DNA of 64,000 nt from an uncultured Methylomirabilota bacterium (GCA_963705305.1 OY970067.1:256001-320000); one strand, 5' to 3'; numbered from the stretch's first letter, positions 1-9,441 are shown. Notes: generated from the sequence alone by a model not told the origin. Numbers and translations: made by a program.

Positions 1-4
1 ACCG

Positions 5-1066
5 ATGGGTACAGCCAAGGCAATCCAGCTGGAATCGCTGCGGGGGCAGCTGACGGCGGCCCAGCGGGACGTCATCAACGCCGTGTGGGCCCACCACCTT
101 GATCAAAACCGGTGGATGCCCCGCAGCCTCCTGCACGAGCGCCTCCAGCCTGCCGCCGTCGGCGCGGCCATCCAGCCCCTGCTGGGTGCCATCCTCCTCC
201 CCTGCGAGGAGGACGGCGAAGAGCTCTACCGTCTGACCTTCCTCGGCGTGCTCCTGACCGATCAGGGCCCGGAGTCCGAAGAGCTCCTGGCCCGCTACCT
301 GGAGTACATCCGGGATCGTGTCAGGCGCGACCCGCGCGTCGAGTGGGTGACAAGCCACGAGGTGGAAGCAGCCCTGGGGCTGAGCCCCGAGCGTTCGCGC
401 TTCCTGCAGCGGCTGATCCGCCTGAGCCACTGGTGGGGCGGCGGCGGCGGATTCGCCGAGCGGGAATGGACGGTGGGCGTGCCCGTCGACGTGGACGACC
501 TCATGCCCCGGACCGATCTGCGCGCCTATATTCAGGACCACGTCACCAGCCATTTCCTGCCGGAGGCCTCGCGTGGCATCGCCAAGCCGCTCGCGGCCCC
601 GCCTGCCCCGCGCAGTGTCTTCTGGTTCATCGAGGATGCCGCACTGAGCCGGCAGCTGGCCATGGATTGGCATGAGGCGCAGGAGGTCTACCAGGTGCGG
701 TGCTGGAAGAGCTGCGTCCTCCTCGCCGGCGGAATCCTGGAGGGAATGCTCCTGAACGCCCTGGCCCGCGGCAAGCCGGCGGCAAGCCGGCCCGCAGACC
801 GAAAGACCCGCCCCGCCCCGCGCCCTTCCGATCGCTGGCCGCTGGCCAAGCTGCTGGAGGCCGCCGTGCGGCGCCGCATTCTCGCCGTGGGAACCCTGGT
901 TCTCGGCCCGGCGCTTCAAGAATACGGGACCCTGGCCCACCCGAAGCGCCAGATCGGCCAGGGCCTCGCCATGACCCGTGACGATGCCGACCACGCCCTG
1001 AAAACCGTCCGGAAGTGCGTGCGGCTCCTGGCCGCACGGAAGAGGGGCAAAGCGGCGCGCGCCTGA
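5..1066 (+). CDS. Hypothetical protein with a C-terminal HEPN/DUF4145-like helical domain (degenerate RxxxxH motif)
   Basis: 353-aa ORF. The C-terminal pattern DWHEAQEVYQVRCWKSCVLLAGGILEGML...LAKLLEAA...EYGTLAHP resembles HEPN-like domains, which usually have 'YRNLIHP'. Confidence 0.55.
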   Translation: MGTAKAIQLESLRGQLTAAQRDVINAVWAHHLDQNRWMPRSLLHERLQPAAVGAAIQPLLGAILLPCEEDGEELYRLTFLGVLLTDQGPESEELLARYLEYIRDRVRRDPRVEWVTSHEVEAALGLSPERSRFLQRLIRLSHWWGGGGGFAEREWTVGVPVDVDDLMPRTDLRAYIQDHVTSHFLPEASRGIAKPLAAPPAPRSVFWFIEDAALSRQLAMDWHEAQEVYQVRCWKSCVLLAGGILEGMLLNALARGKPAASRPADRKTRPAPRPSDRWPLAKLLEAAVRRRILAVGTLVLGPALQEYGTLAHPKRQIGQGLAMTRDDADHALKTVRKCVRLLAARKRGKAARA

Positions 1067-1134
1067 GCCCGGGCGGCGCCCAGCAGGCTGTCCGCCCCCC
1101 CGGTCTTGCCGTGATCTCTCGGGTTCCCGCCCGT

Positions 1135-1336
1135 CTAGCAAGATGTTGAAATACCCGTCTTCGCCCAGGCTGCTCAAAAAGGCCCAGATGCAAGGCGGCG
1201 TCACCCATCCCTCGGGATGGGTACCCGGCGTGGTGCGAGGCGTACTTAGCTCGTACGCCGCAACGCCACGCGAGCGCGGGGGTACCCGTCTGAAGGATGG
1301 GTCTCGGCAGATGGGCCTTCATCAGTAGCCTGCTAG
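1135..1336. mobile_element. MITE/REP-like element, family A (CTAG-bounded, IS5/IS1182-like ends)
   Basis: Starts CTAGCAAGATGTTGAA and ends TCAGTAGCCTGCTAG (imperfect inverted ends). Has internal inverted repeats (ACCCATCC...GGATGGGT; GGCCCAGATGC vs GCAGATGGGCC). Partial copies occur at 14564 and 20169. Confidence 0.7.
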
Positions 1337-2397
1337 CGCTGCCCGCCCCCGTGCGGCCCTGCCTCGGCCAACAGTGCGTTCACCTTTCCCATGACCTGGA
1401 AAGCGTCCGCCACGTACAGAACGTCGGCCTTTCCCCGAGCCCAGCCGCAGTTCGGATCGAGGTTCACCGCCCGCCGCTCGCTGATGAACCGCCAGCCCAC
1501 GGTATGAGGCTCTTCCCCATGACAGCAGGTGGACAGCCCGCGGGGATGGCGCGGGGTCGCGCCCGTCTGGCCGATCTGGTTGAGATGGGTCATGAAGGAG
1601 AGCACAGCCTGGCCTTCCCCCTGGAGATCCACCAGGGATTTGCTGCCCCCCAGCGAGGCCTGCGCACGCCGCAGGAACTCGCGGATGAGCCCGGCCGCCT
1701 CCGCCACGTGCGCGGCGCCGTCGGCCTGCACCTTCGTCCAGCCCGCGCCAGCCACGAACAGCAAGGCGGCGTCGGGGCGGATCGTCTGCTCGTCGGCCGG
1801 TGGCGCCTGGATGCCGGTCATGCTCGTGCGCAGCGAGGTCTCCGGGAGACTCGCGCCGACGGCCTCGATCGCGGCTGTTCCCCGATCGCCCCGCCAGGGC
1901 TCGAGACAGCCCGGATCCAAAAGGATCAGCCAGGGCCGCTGCTCCCGCCGGACGGTTGCCTCCATGCGCTGGCGATAGTACCAGCGGCTCACGGCGGGGG
2001 ACCCGCTCTCGATCGGGAGGCCGGTGACATGCGTATCCGCCCGGCCGCCCAGCCGGAGCGCCACGCCCGGGAGCGCCCGGCTCCAGCGCGAGGTCCCCGG
2101 CGCCAGCACGAGGCCGGCCGAGGCCGCCCGGCAGACGGCCTCGGCGGCCGCCGCGTCGCTGGCATAGCGCGGCTTTGCAAACGCCGGTCCCGCGACGCCG
2201 AGGAACCGGTGGGCGCCGCAGCCCGCCAGAGTGTTGCCCGCCTCCTGCACGTCGGCCCCCACCAGGCCCACCGCCAGCTCTGCGCCGCCTAGAGCCTGCG
2301 CCAGGATCCTGGCGCACCCCACGGCCTCCAGGGCCGCGCGGGACAGTGTCCCGTCCGACTCGGTGTGAACCAGCACGAGGATGCTTTCCATGCTCAC
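1333..2397 (-). CDS. etfA: Electron transfer flavoprotein alpha subunit (divergent)
   Basis: ILVLVHTESDG N-terminus, QIGQTG FAD-region motif, and position downstream of etfB and ETF-QO. Confidence 0.85.
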   Translation of the reverse strand: MSMESILVLVHTESDGTLSRAALEAVGCARILAQALGGAELAVGLVGADVQEAGNTLAGCGAHRFLGVAGPAFAKPRYASDAAAAEAVCRAASAGLVLAPGTSRWSRALPGVALRLGGRADTHVTGLPIESGSPAVSRWYYRQRMEATVRREQRPWLILLDPGCLEPWRGDRGTAAIEAVGASLPETSLRTSMTGIQAPPADEQTIRPDAALLFVAGAGWTKVQADGAAHVAEAAGLIREFLRRAQASLGGSKSLVDLQGEGQAVLSFMTHLNQIGQTGATPRHPRGLSTCCHGEEPHTVGWRFISERRAVNLDPNCGWARGKADVLYVADAFQVMGKVNALLAEAGPHGGGQR

Positions 2398-2455
2398 TCC
2401 CCTGCCCGACGGCGTCCCTTGTCGGCCGCCGCTTTCGTCCTCAAACCCCCGTGAT

Positions 2456-2721
2456 TAGTGTCCTGAGTTAAAATCGATGAATAGATCCAAGACTCATCGG
2501 GGCACCCCGAGCGCGCCGGACCCGCGGGCCCGCCGGTTTCAGGACGCCGTGGCTATCTAGGTCTCGCCGTGAGCCACCCACACCCGCCCACGGCGCGACG
2601 CGTCCCGTCCGGGACGGCGGCGCCGGAGCAAGGTGGGCCGGTTCTCGACGAGGTCCGGCGCTCGGAGGGGTGGCCCGGTGGGTCGCGGAGTTCGTTACCG
2701 GATTTCTAACTCGGGACACTA
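2456..2721. mobile_element. MITE-like element, family B (TAGTGTCC...GGACACTA)
   Basis: TIRs TAGTGTCCTGAGTTAAAATC (2456) and GATTTCTAACTCGGGACACTA (2701-2721). TA at both ends, about 265 bp, no credible ORF inside. Confidence 0.75.
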
Positions 2722-3540
2722 ATCCGTCGTGATCCAGGCTACGATCTCTCTGGCGATCTCGTCGGGCGTCATGTCCTTCACCACCCGCGTCTCGCGGAGC
2801 TGCTTCGGCAGGGTGACGCCCAGGAAGCTGACGCCGCCGGCCCCCACCTTGGCCGCCTTGGCCCGCTGGAGCGCCGGCATGATGGTCTGCATGTTCGCCA
2901 TGCCGATCTGTGGGTTGTTGGGCGGCTCAGGGAGATTCCCCGTGGCCCACCCCAGGACGGCCGGAGGGCCGGCGCAGGTGGACACCTGGTGCTTGCCCCC
3001 TTCGATCCGCTCGAGGATGCGGAACGTCCCGTCCCCGGAGACCGTGAGCTCATCCACACCCTGGAACTGGTCCAGGATGCCCAGCCGCTCCCCCACCTCC
3101 TGCAGCGTGACGCCGGCCCCGCGCGAGGCGGACTCCCAGCCGCCGAAGACGAGCAGGCGCGACCGATCCAGCCCAGGAATGGCCTGGATGGCCTCGGCCA
3201 GCGCGGCGGCCACTTCGTGCGGCTCAGTGAACCCGCCTCCCGGAGCGTCCAAAGGGACCAGCTCGAAGGGGACCTTCTGTGCCACCGTCATCATCAACTG
3301 CTGGAGCTTTGCCTTGGGGCCGAGGCTCACCAGCCAGACCTTGCTCCCCGGCACGTTCTTGGCCAGATGAGCCGCCTCGTAGAGGGCGTGCGCGGCCCAC
3401 GGATCCAGGACCACCGGCAGCATCATCTCGTTCTTGAGGGCCGGGCCGGCCGGTCCCGCGATCGGCTCGAGGGTTTGCAGGGGATCCGGCACGATGCCGG
3501 CGCAGACGACGATCTGATATCCTGTGCTCATGGCTGACAC
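2719..3540 (-). CDS. etfB: Electron transfer flavoprotein beta subunit (divergent)
   Basis: IVVCAGIVPD N-terminus, VLDPWAAHALYEA, VSLGP, GWESASRGAG; operon context. Confidence 0.85.
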   Translation of the reverse strand: MSAMSTGYQIVVCAGIVPDPLQTLEPIAGPAGPALKNEMMLPVVLDPWAAHALYEAAHLAKNVPGSKVWLVSLGPKAKLQQLMMTVAQKVPFELVPLDAPGGGFTEPHEVAAALAEAIQAIPGLDRSRLLVFGGWESASRGAGVTLQEVGERLGILDQFQGVDELTVSGDGTFRILERIEGGKHQVSTCAGPPAVLGWATGNLPEPPNNPQIGMANMQTIMPALQRAKAAKVGAGGVSFLGVTLPKQLRETRVVKDMTPDEIAREIVAWITTD

Positions 3541-3559
3541 TCCACGCCTCCCGCTCGCC

Positions 3560-3740
3560 TGTGTTTCTCTTGGTGCCCTTTGCGTCCTCGTGTGAGGAAT
3601 GGCCCGAGCCTAATCTCACGCAAAGATCGCCAAGACAGGCCTTCTCCAATTTCGAAATTCGAATTGTTCCTCCGCCCCTGCGCCCGAGCGAAGCGGTGCG
3701 CCCCTACTCTCCCGCTCCCCCGCTCCCCTGCTTCTCTGTG
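3560..3740. repeat. Intergenic cluster of short palindromic/low-complexity repeats
   Basis: CTTTGCGT...GTGAG pairs with CTCACGCAAAG; AATTTCGAAATT palindrome; CTCCCGCTCCCCCGCTCCCCTGCT short tandem. Confidence 0.5.
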
Positions 3741-3760
3741 CGCCCCCGGCGTTTCCGCAC

Positions 3761-5638
3761 CTAGTTCTCCGCCGAGTGCAGGCCGCCGGTGCCCGCCCGG
3801 AACTCAATGTTGGTGCGCTCCGGATCCTCCGGGTGCGGCTGGACGCAGTTCCAGGTGCAGGCCCCGCAGTGCACGCACTTCTCCCGGTCGAAGGCCGGCA
3901 CACCGCGCTCGCCCGGCGTGATGGCCTGGCCCGAGCAGACCTCGATGCACAGCTTGGTCCCGCACTGCTCGCAGAGATGCGGATACAGGAACACCACGTG
4001 ATCGGCGTATCCCGCCGGCGCCTGGACCTTGCCGCCCAGAAGCAGCGCATCCTGGTGGGAGACCAGGAGGCTCCCGTCGTAGGGAATGGCCGGCCAGCCA
4101 CATCGCTCCATCAGGGCGTCGTGCACCCTGACGCCCCGGGCGGCGCATTCCTCCCGGATCCGCCGGATCTCGGCCGCCGGGATCTTGCCGCGATAATACT
4201 CCTCGGCGGTCGGAATCCGGGCGTACGGCGGCACCGACCGTCCGGGAACGGCCAGCCGGCCCCCCGTCAGGCCCGCCAGCCCCATGCCGAGGAGCCCGCT
4301 CACGACGCCCCGCTGGAAGCCGTCGCGGGCCCGCTCCGCCACCCGGCCCTCGGCCTCGACCCAGCCGGCGCGGCGGCGGCGCACATAGGCTCGCTCCAGA
4401 TTCTCGCGGGTGAAGGCCGCCCCCTCCTTCAGGAGGTCCAGGATCCCCTCGGCCAGGTGGGTGCCCGTCGTCCAGGCCTCGTCCACGCCCGAGCCCGTGA
4501 GCACGTTGGTGCTGCCCGACCCCTCACCGATGCGGGCGTATCCCTCGCCCGCCAGGAACGGCTCGCCCCGGCGTCCGGCCTCCAGCAGCGTCTTCGCCCC
4601 CCAGGACCGCAGCTTTCCCCCTTGCAGGTACCTCCACAGGTAGGGATGCAGCATCCAGTGCTGGAGGTAGCGATAGGAGGTCCGCACGGGGCTGTCGAAC
4701 CAGGAGGGAACGAAGATCCCCAGCGAGGCCACGCGTCCGGGATGGACGTACAGGAAGCCGAAGATCTCCGGCTCGGGAAAGCCGAAGGTGTGCAGGACCG
4801 TGCCGGGGGCCAGGGTGACATCCTCCCGAAGGTCCACGACCATCTTGGCGCCCACCGCCCATTCGCGGCGATGGTGGCCCACCGGCAGGCCGAAGCGCTC
4901 GTCCAACTGCCGCCCGATGGGCCCCACCGGCCCATCCCCCACCACCGTGAGGGCCGCCCGGATGTCCATGCCCGGCATGAAGCCCGCGTCGGGATTCCCA
5001 CGGAGGTCGGTTCCCTGGTCCAGGAGGCGCACCCCCACCACGCGCCCGTCCTCGACCAGCGGGGAAGCCACCGGCGTGCCGGGCCATATCTGCACCGTCC
5101 CGCTGCCCATCACCTGGCCGCCGACCCACTGGATGAACTGGCCGATGGACAGGACCAGCCCTCCCTCTTTCCGGAGGAAGGGGGGGAGGTAGGGCAGCGA
5201 CAGGGCGTGGTACTCGTAGGGAAGCACGGCGCGGAGCCCGCGGATGCAGGCGTCGGCGAGGCGCAGCGCCTTCGACCGGCGGCTGGCCCCGATGGGGTCC
5301 AGGAGGTAGAGGACCTTCTCGTGGACCACGGGGGCCGCCATGGGGATCTGCGCGGGATCCAGGTCCGGGAAGGTCGCGCGGATGCCCCGGGCCCGGCTGA
5401 CGACCCCGGACACGCCGAAGCCGATGTCGTCCGCCCGCTCGTAGCAGATCACCTGGGGCGGCAGCCCGGGGCAGGTCCGGCTCTCGATGAGAGGCGTGCC
5501 GTCCTCGCGGAGCAGGCTCCGCGACAGGGTCGTCAGAAACCCCCCCATGGCCGGCCCGAAGCCGACGCAGACGATGTCGGCCTCCATGCCCTGCCGCTCG
5601 GCAACCGGCATGGAGGCATCCGGTGTGGAAGGTGTCAT
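3761..5638 (-). CDS. ETF:quinone oxidoreductase-like flavoprotein (FixC-like) with fused C-terminal 4Fe-4S ferredoxin (FixX-like)
   Basis: DIVCVGFGPA FAD motif. C-terminal CEQC..CIEVC and CVHCGAC. Ends in GTGGLHSAEN. Confidence 0.85.
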   Translation of the reverse strand: MTPSTPDASMPVAERQGMEADIVCVGFGPAMGGFLTTLSRSLLREDGTPLIESRTCPGLPPQVICYERADDIGFGVSGVVSRARGIRATFPDLDPAQIPMAAPVVHEKVLYLLDPIGASRRSKALRLADACIRGLRAVLPYEYHALSLPYLPPFLRKEGGLVLSIGQFIQWVGGQVMGSGTVQIWPGTPVASPLVEDGRVVGVRLLDQGTDLRGNPDAGFMPGMDIRAALTVVGDGPVGPIGRQLDERFGLPVGHHRREWAVGAKMVVDLREDVTLAPGTVLHTFGFPEPEIFGFLYVHPGRVASLGIFVPSWFDSPVRTSYRYLQHWMLHPYLWRYLQGGKLRSWGAKTLLEAGRRGEPFLAGEGYARIGEGSGSTNVLTGSGVDEAWTTGTHLAEGILDLLKEGAAFTRENLERAYVRRRRAGWVEAEGRVAERARDGFQRGVVSGLLGMGLAGLTGGRLAVPGRSVPPYARIPTAEEYYRGKIPAAEIRRIREECAARGVRVHDALMERCGWPAIPYDGSLLVSHQDALLLGGKVQAPAGYADHVVFLYPHLCEQCGTKLCIEVCSGQAITPGERGVPAFDREKCVHCGACTWNCVQPHPEDPERTNIEFRAGTGGLHSAEN

Positions 5639-5648
5639 GCCGCTCTTC

Positions 5649-7883
5649 TCAGACGGGGTAGTCCAGCGCCTCGGGGATCATGACCTTGGTCAGGGCGGCC
5701 GCCGCCCGGTCCTTGGCTAAGCGTGCGCCGGTGAGGCATCCATCCAGCTTCAACCGCAGCCGGACGAAAGGCTCCAGGCCGTCGAAGCAGACGCAGGGGC
5801 CGGCCTTGATCGTCCCGACACCGGCCGCCTCCCCGGCGTGCGGCTGACCCGGCACCCCCACCAGGGGAATCACGGCCGCCAGCGGGTCGGTCGCCTCGGC
5901 GGCCCGGCAGGCCGCCCCGTCGCCATCCCAGGCCGGATGGCGGTTGTAGCCGAAGACCAGCTCGGCGCAGACGCGCCCGACTTCTCCGGCGGCCCGGGCC
6001 GCCTGGACGTGACAGAGATCCGTGAGGAACGCCAGCAGGCCGGGGAGCCCTTCCGCCACCACCGGATTGTCGGGGCCTTTGGCCTCCACCTCCAGGACAT
6101 CCAGGATCAGGCAGCGGGCCGCCAGCAGCCAGCAGAGCGCATCCGCCAGGGGGAACGTCACTCCCTGCCGCGCCCCCTGATACAGCTTCCCGCCGTCCGC
6201 GTCGGCGGCGCCCTGCAGGTGGATCAGGCTCCACAGCCACATCTGCATGGCCGTCGCCAGCGTGCAGGCCCCGGTGCCCGGCCGCCGGGCGGCGATGCGC
6301 CGCATCTCCGCGATCCATTGCTTGAACTGGGCCAGGAACAGCTCGCTGGTCATGGTGACGGACAGCTGCCGGCGCTGGACCGCCTCGGGCCCCTCGTAGG
6401 TGGCCTCCAGCTGGGCGTCCATCCACTTCTGGCCCAGGAAACCCGGACAGTCCTCCGTGATGCCGTAGCCCCCCATGAGGCTCACGGCCTCCCGCATCAT
6501 GGTGGCGCCGTGCCCCGTGTTCCAGAGCTTGCAGGCGGGGCAGAGAACGTTGGCCAGGGCGTCCAGCACCAGGAACTGGACCAGGGTGTCGCCCCCGAGT
6601 GCGGAATACCGCGCCTCATCGCGCTCCCCCTCCGGCTTGCCCGCGAGGTCGATGGACTCCAGCGCGTCCTTCTGGAGACGCCGGAAGATCCGCAGCTGGG
6701 CCGTTCCGCCCCCGACCCCCTGCGCGGCGAAGATCTCGTCCTTCTTGCGCTCCAGCGGATCCAGCTCGTCGAACAGGCGCGCGGCCGCGAATCCCAGCGA
6801 TGCCGCCGCCTCCCCGGCCGCCCAGACATCCACCAGGCGGTGGAGGGTGTCCTCCTTCTGCTGCAGCCCCAGCTCGTAGCGCGGCGATCCCGGCGCGATG
6901 CTCTCGCCGCCGCGGAACCGCCCCCGCTGGTAGCGGATCACCGGCTCCACCGCCGAGAGCAGCTTGGCGGCGGTCATCAGCCCCACCGTCACCCGCGTGC
7001 GCCGGAAGACGGCCTCGATGATCTCTCCGTGGCTGTAGCGGGGAACGATCACCCCGTCCTTGACCGTGTAGCCGCCGATGATCCGCCCGGCGGGGACGCG
7101 CAGGCTGAACACCGGATCGCAGGTGGAGGAGAGCTGGTGCACCAGCTTCTTGGTGGGGGTTCCGCGGTCGTAGATGCCGGGGTCGGTCTGCTCCAGGATG
7201 ATCATGCAGCTGCCCTTGATCCGCTCGTCCCCGGAATCCACCGCGGCAGTGACGAAGTTGGCGAAGCCCATGTTGGTGATGAAGCGTCCGCGCTTGTCCA
7301 CCTGCAGGATCGGCTCCTCCCCGTCCCGCCACTCCGCGACCCGGACCTTCCCGCTCAGCAGGCCGGTCTCCACCCCGACGTAGGGCAGGGGCTCGGTCAG
7401 GCTGAAGGCACCCCGCCAGATCTGCCGATCCTCGCCGGGCTGCGGCGGCAGGGCGCGCCGCATGTAGGTGTCCCGCTGCTCGGGGGTGCCCCGCTCGTGG
7501 ATCGGCGACAGCGCCAGGTTGCCGGCCAGGCTGCAGGTGGTGGCCCCCGCATCCACCCAGGACAGCTCGAAGGCTACCAGGGCCAAGGCCAGGTTCTTGG
7601 GACCCCCGATGAACCCCCCCTGCTCGGGGTCCATGAAGAGGGCGGTGAGGCCCGACTCGTCAAAGGCCTTCAGCAGAACGGCCTTCTGGTCGTTCCACTC
7701 ATGGGAGTTCCGCGCTCCCTCGGCGACCAGCCGGGCGACGATGCCGCGGGCCACCGAGCGGGCGGCTTGCACCAGCATCTGGAGATCGTACCGATCGGTG
7801 AAGCGCCACATGATCTGCCGGACGTCGTCACCCGGAAGCGTGCGCAATGCCTCTGGACTGCTCCGCTCCACACCGGTTTCCAT
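5649..7883 (-). CDS. Long acyl-CoA dehydrogenase family protein
   Basis: AFSLTEP, KxxFITN, MGGYG, YEGPEAVQ motifs; 744 aa with extended C-terminus. Confidence 0.9.
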   Translation of the reverse strand: METGVERSSPEALRTLPGDDVRQIMWRFTDRYDLQMLVQAARSVARGIVARLVAEGARNSHEWNDQKAVLLKAFDESGLTALFMDPEQGGFIGGPKNLALALVAFELSWVDAGATTCSLAGNLALSPIHERGTPEQRDTYMRRALPPQPGEDRQIWRGAFSLTEPLPYVGVETGLLSGKVRVAEWRDGEEPILQVDKRGRFITNMGFANFVTAAVDSGDERIKGSCMIILEQTDPGIYDRGTPTKKLVHQLSSTCDPVFSLRVPAGRIIGGYTVKDGVIVPRYSHGEIIEAVFRRTRVTVGLMTAAKLLSAVEPVIRYQRGRFRGGESIAPGSPRYELGLQQKEDTLHRLVDVWAAGEAAASLGFAAARLFDELDPLERKKDEIFAAQGVGGGTAQLRIFRRLQKDALESIDLAGKPEGERDEARYSALGGDTLVQFLVLDALANVLCPACKLWNTGHGATMMREAVSLMGGYGITEDCPGFLGQKWMDAQLEATYEGPEAVQRRQLSVTMTSELFLAQFKQWIAEMRRIAARRPGTGACTLATAMQMWLWSLIHLQGAADADGGKLYQGARQGVTFPLADALCWLLAARCLILDVLEVEAKGPDNPVVAEGLPGLLAFLTDLCHVQAARAAGEVGRVCAELVFGYNRHPAWDGDGAACRAAEATDPLAAVIPLVGVPGQPHAGEAAGVGTIKAGPCVCFDGLEPFVRLRLKLDGCLTGARLAKDRAAAALTKVMIPEALDYPV

Positions 7884-8085
7884 GAGTGCGTTCCTCTCTG
7901 TGGAGTTGGGGGGAAAGTCGTTCCGATCCGGCGAGATCGGAAGGCGTGCGGACGTGCGGATCCCGCCGGGGTGCCCTGCGGGTTCCGGCTGCGCCCCCAG
8001 GACGGCAGCCCCTGCCCCGACGCTCTCTTATCGCCGGGATGGGACGGCGCCGTCAAGGTCTTTCAGCCCAGGATCGGAATTTGTC

Positions 8086-8286
8086 CTACCCGCTACACAA
8101 AGGTGTTGAAGATTCGTTTGTCAATAGGCGCGATTCCCCCGTGGTTACAGCGCATTCCGTCCTTTTCGGATTGGGCTGGCATCGAGGAAGATTTCCTCCC
8201 CGACAAGGCGTTCCGATTCGGTCAACCAATTCATGCTGTTACTAGCGAAACGCCGACCGTTATCAACACCTTTGTGTAACGGCTAG
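8086..8286. mobile_element. MITE, family C (201 bp, TIRs plus 9-bp target site duplication)
   Basis: Perfect 16-bp inverted repeat TACACAAAGGTGTTGA (8094-8109 and 8263-8278), extending imperfectly to CTA...TAG ends. Direct repeat GAATTTGTC at 8077-8085 and 8287-8295. Interior is lower in GC. Confidence 0.85.
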
Positions 8287-8411
8287 GAATTTGTCACAAA
8301 CTGGGGAGCAAGTCCGGCCGGGCCCCGGCCGGCCCGGCGCGATCGCTAGATGGGTGCGCCGGGCGGCGCCTCCCGGCGGAGGCGCCGCCCCGTTCTGCAC
8401 TGGTTCGTGCG

Positions 8412-9173
8412 TCAGCCCAGCAGGCGGCCGCCGTCCACGACCATGACGTCGCCGGTCATGAAGTCGCCGCGGATGGCCAGAAACACGGCGGCATCGGCGA
8501 TGTCCTCGGCCGCCCCGACGCGCTTGAGGGGGGCCGTCTGGGCCGCCTTTTGAGCGATTGCCTCCAGATCCGGCCGCCCGACGTTCCATCGGGTCTCCGC
8601 GATGAAGCCGGGGGCGATGACGTTCACCTGGATCTCCGGGCCGAGGGTCCGGGCCAGGCACTTGCTGAGCTGGATCACCGCCGCCTTGGAGCAGCAGTAG
8701 GCGATGGAGCTGCCTTGCGGCGCGAGGCCGGACACGGAGGCCAGGTTGATGATCCGGCCGGCCCCCTGTTTCTTCATGGCCGGCGCCGCGGCCCGGCAGC
8801 AGAAGAAGGTCCCCTTTACGTTCACCGCGTACAGGCGGTCCCACACCTCGTCCGTGAGCCCGTCGAGGTTGGCGAAATCCACGAACCGGGTGATGCCGGC
8901 GTTGTTCACCAAAATATCGACGGCGCCGAATTTCTCCAGGACCGCCGCCACCATGGCCTTGACGGCCGGGTCGGACGCCACGTCGGCCCGGACGAGGAAC
9001 GGCTTGCCGCCGGCCTGCGCCACCAGCGCGGCGGTCTCCTCGGCCTCCTGCTTTGACCGGGAGTAGTTCACGGCCACCTTGGCCCCCTCCCGGCCGTAGG
9101 CCACGGCGATGGCGCGGCCGATGCCCACGGCCGCCCCGGTAACGAGCGCAACCTTCCCATCCAGTTTTCCCAT
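8412..9173 (-). CDS. Short-chain dehydrogenase/reductase (FabG-like)
   Basis: TGAAVGIG, NNAG, YCCSK, and VDGG motifs; AGGAG RBS upstream. Confidence 0.9.
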   Translation of the reverse strand: MGKLDGKVALVTGAAVGIGRAIAVAYGREGAKVAVNYSRSKQEAEETAALVAQAGGKPFLVRADVASDPAVKAMVAAVLEKFGAVDILVNNAGITRFVDFANLDGLTDEVWDRLYAVNVKGTFFCCRAAAPAMKKQGAGRIINLASVSGLAPQGSSIAYCCSKAAVIQLSKCLARTLGPEIQVNVIAPGFIAETRWNVGRPDLEAIAQKAAQTAPLKRVGAAEDIADAAVFLAIRGDFMTGDVMVVDGGRLLG

Positions 9174-9231
9174 CGGCCATCTCCTGAGTGAGGTAAGCGA
9201 GAGTTGAACACGCGCGACGGGGAGTCGCAAT

Positions 9232-9262
9232 TGAAACGTATCACCATCCCGTGGGCTGTCAA
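9232..9262 (-). promoter_or_regulatory. Putative sigma70 promoter of the SDR, overlapped by a LacI-like operator
   Basis: TTGACA at 9262-9257 on the minus strand. Near-palindrome TGAAACGTATCA (9232-9243) lies over the -10 region. Confidence 0.45.
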
Positions 9263-9306
9263 GACGAAACGCGCGCGGAACAATCGAAGTGCGCCGGCCG
9301 GGTGCG

Positions 9307-9335
9307 TTGATACGCAGAGTGAAGGGTGCTATGAT
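9307..9335 (+). promoter_or_regulatory. Putative sigma70 promoter of the DegT gene
   Basis: TTGATA, 17 nt spacer, TATGAT with an extended TG. Confidence 0.45.
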
Positions 9336-9441
9336 CCGCCGAAAGCGGGCCCCGGCTCGCCACACTCCAACGGGATGCCGATGCTTTCCGTGGACGGTGG
9401 GCGCGGCGGGATCCCGCCCCGAGGCGCTAGGAGGGTGAACC

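Noticed and set aside
1143..1328. 61-aa ORF MLKYPSSPRLLKKAQMQGG
   Set aside because: It lies entirely within the palindromic repeat element and is most likely spurious.
3776..8279. Long plus-strand ORFs (635 aa and 813 aa) and similar antisense ORFs throughout the window
   Set aside because: They are shadow ORFs of high-GC genes on the opposite strand and carry no motifs.
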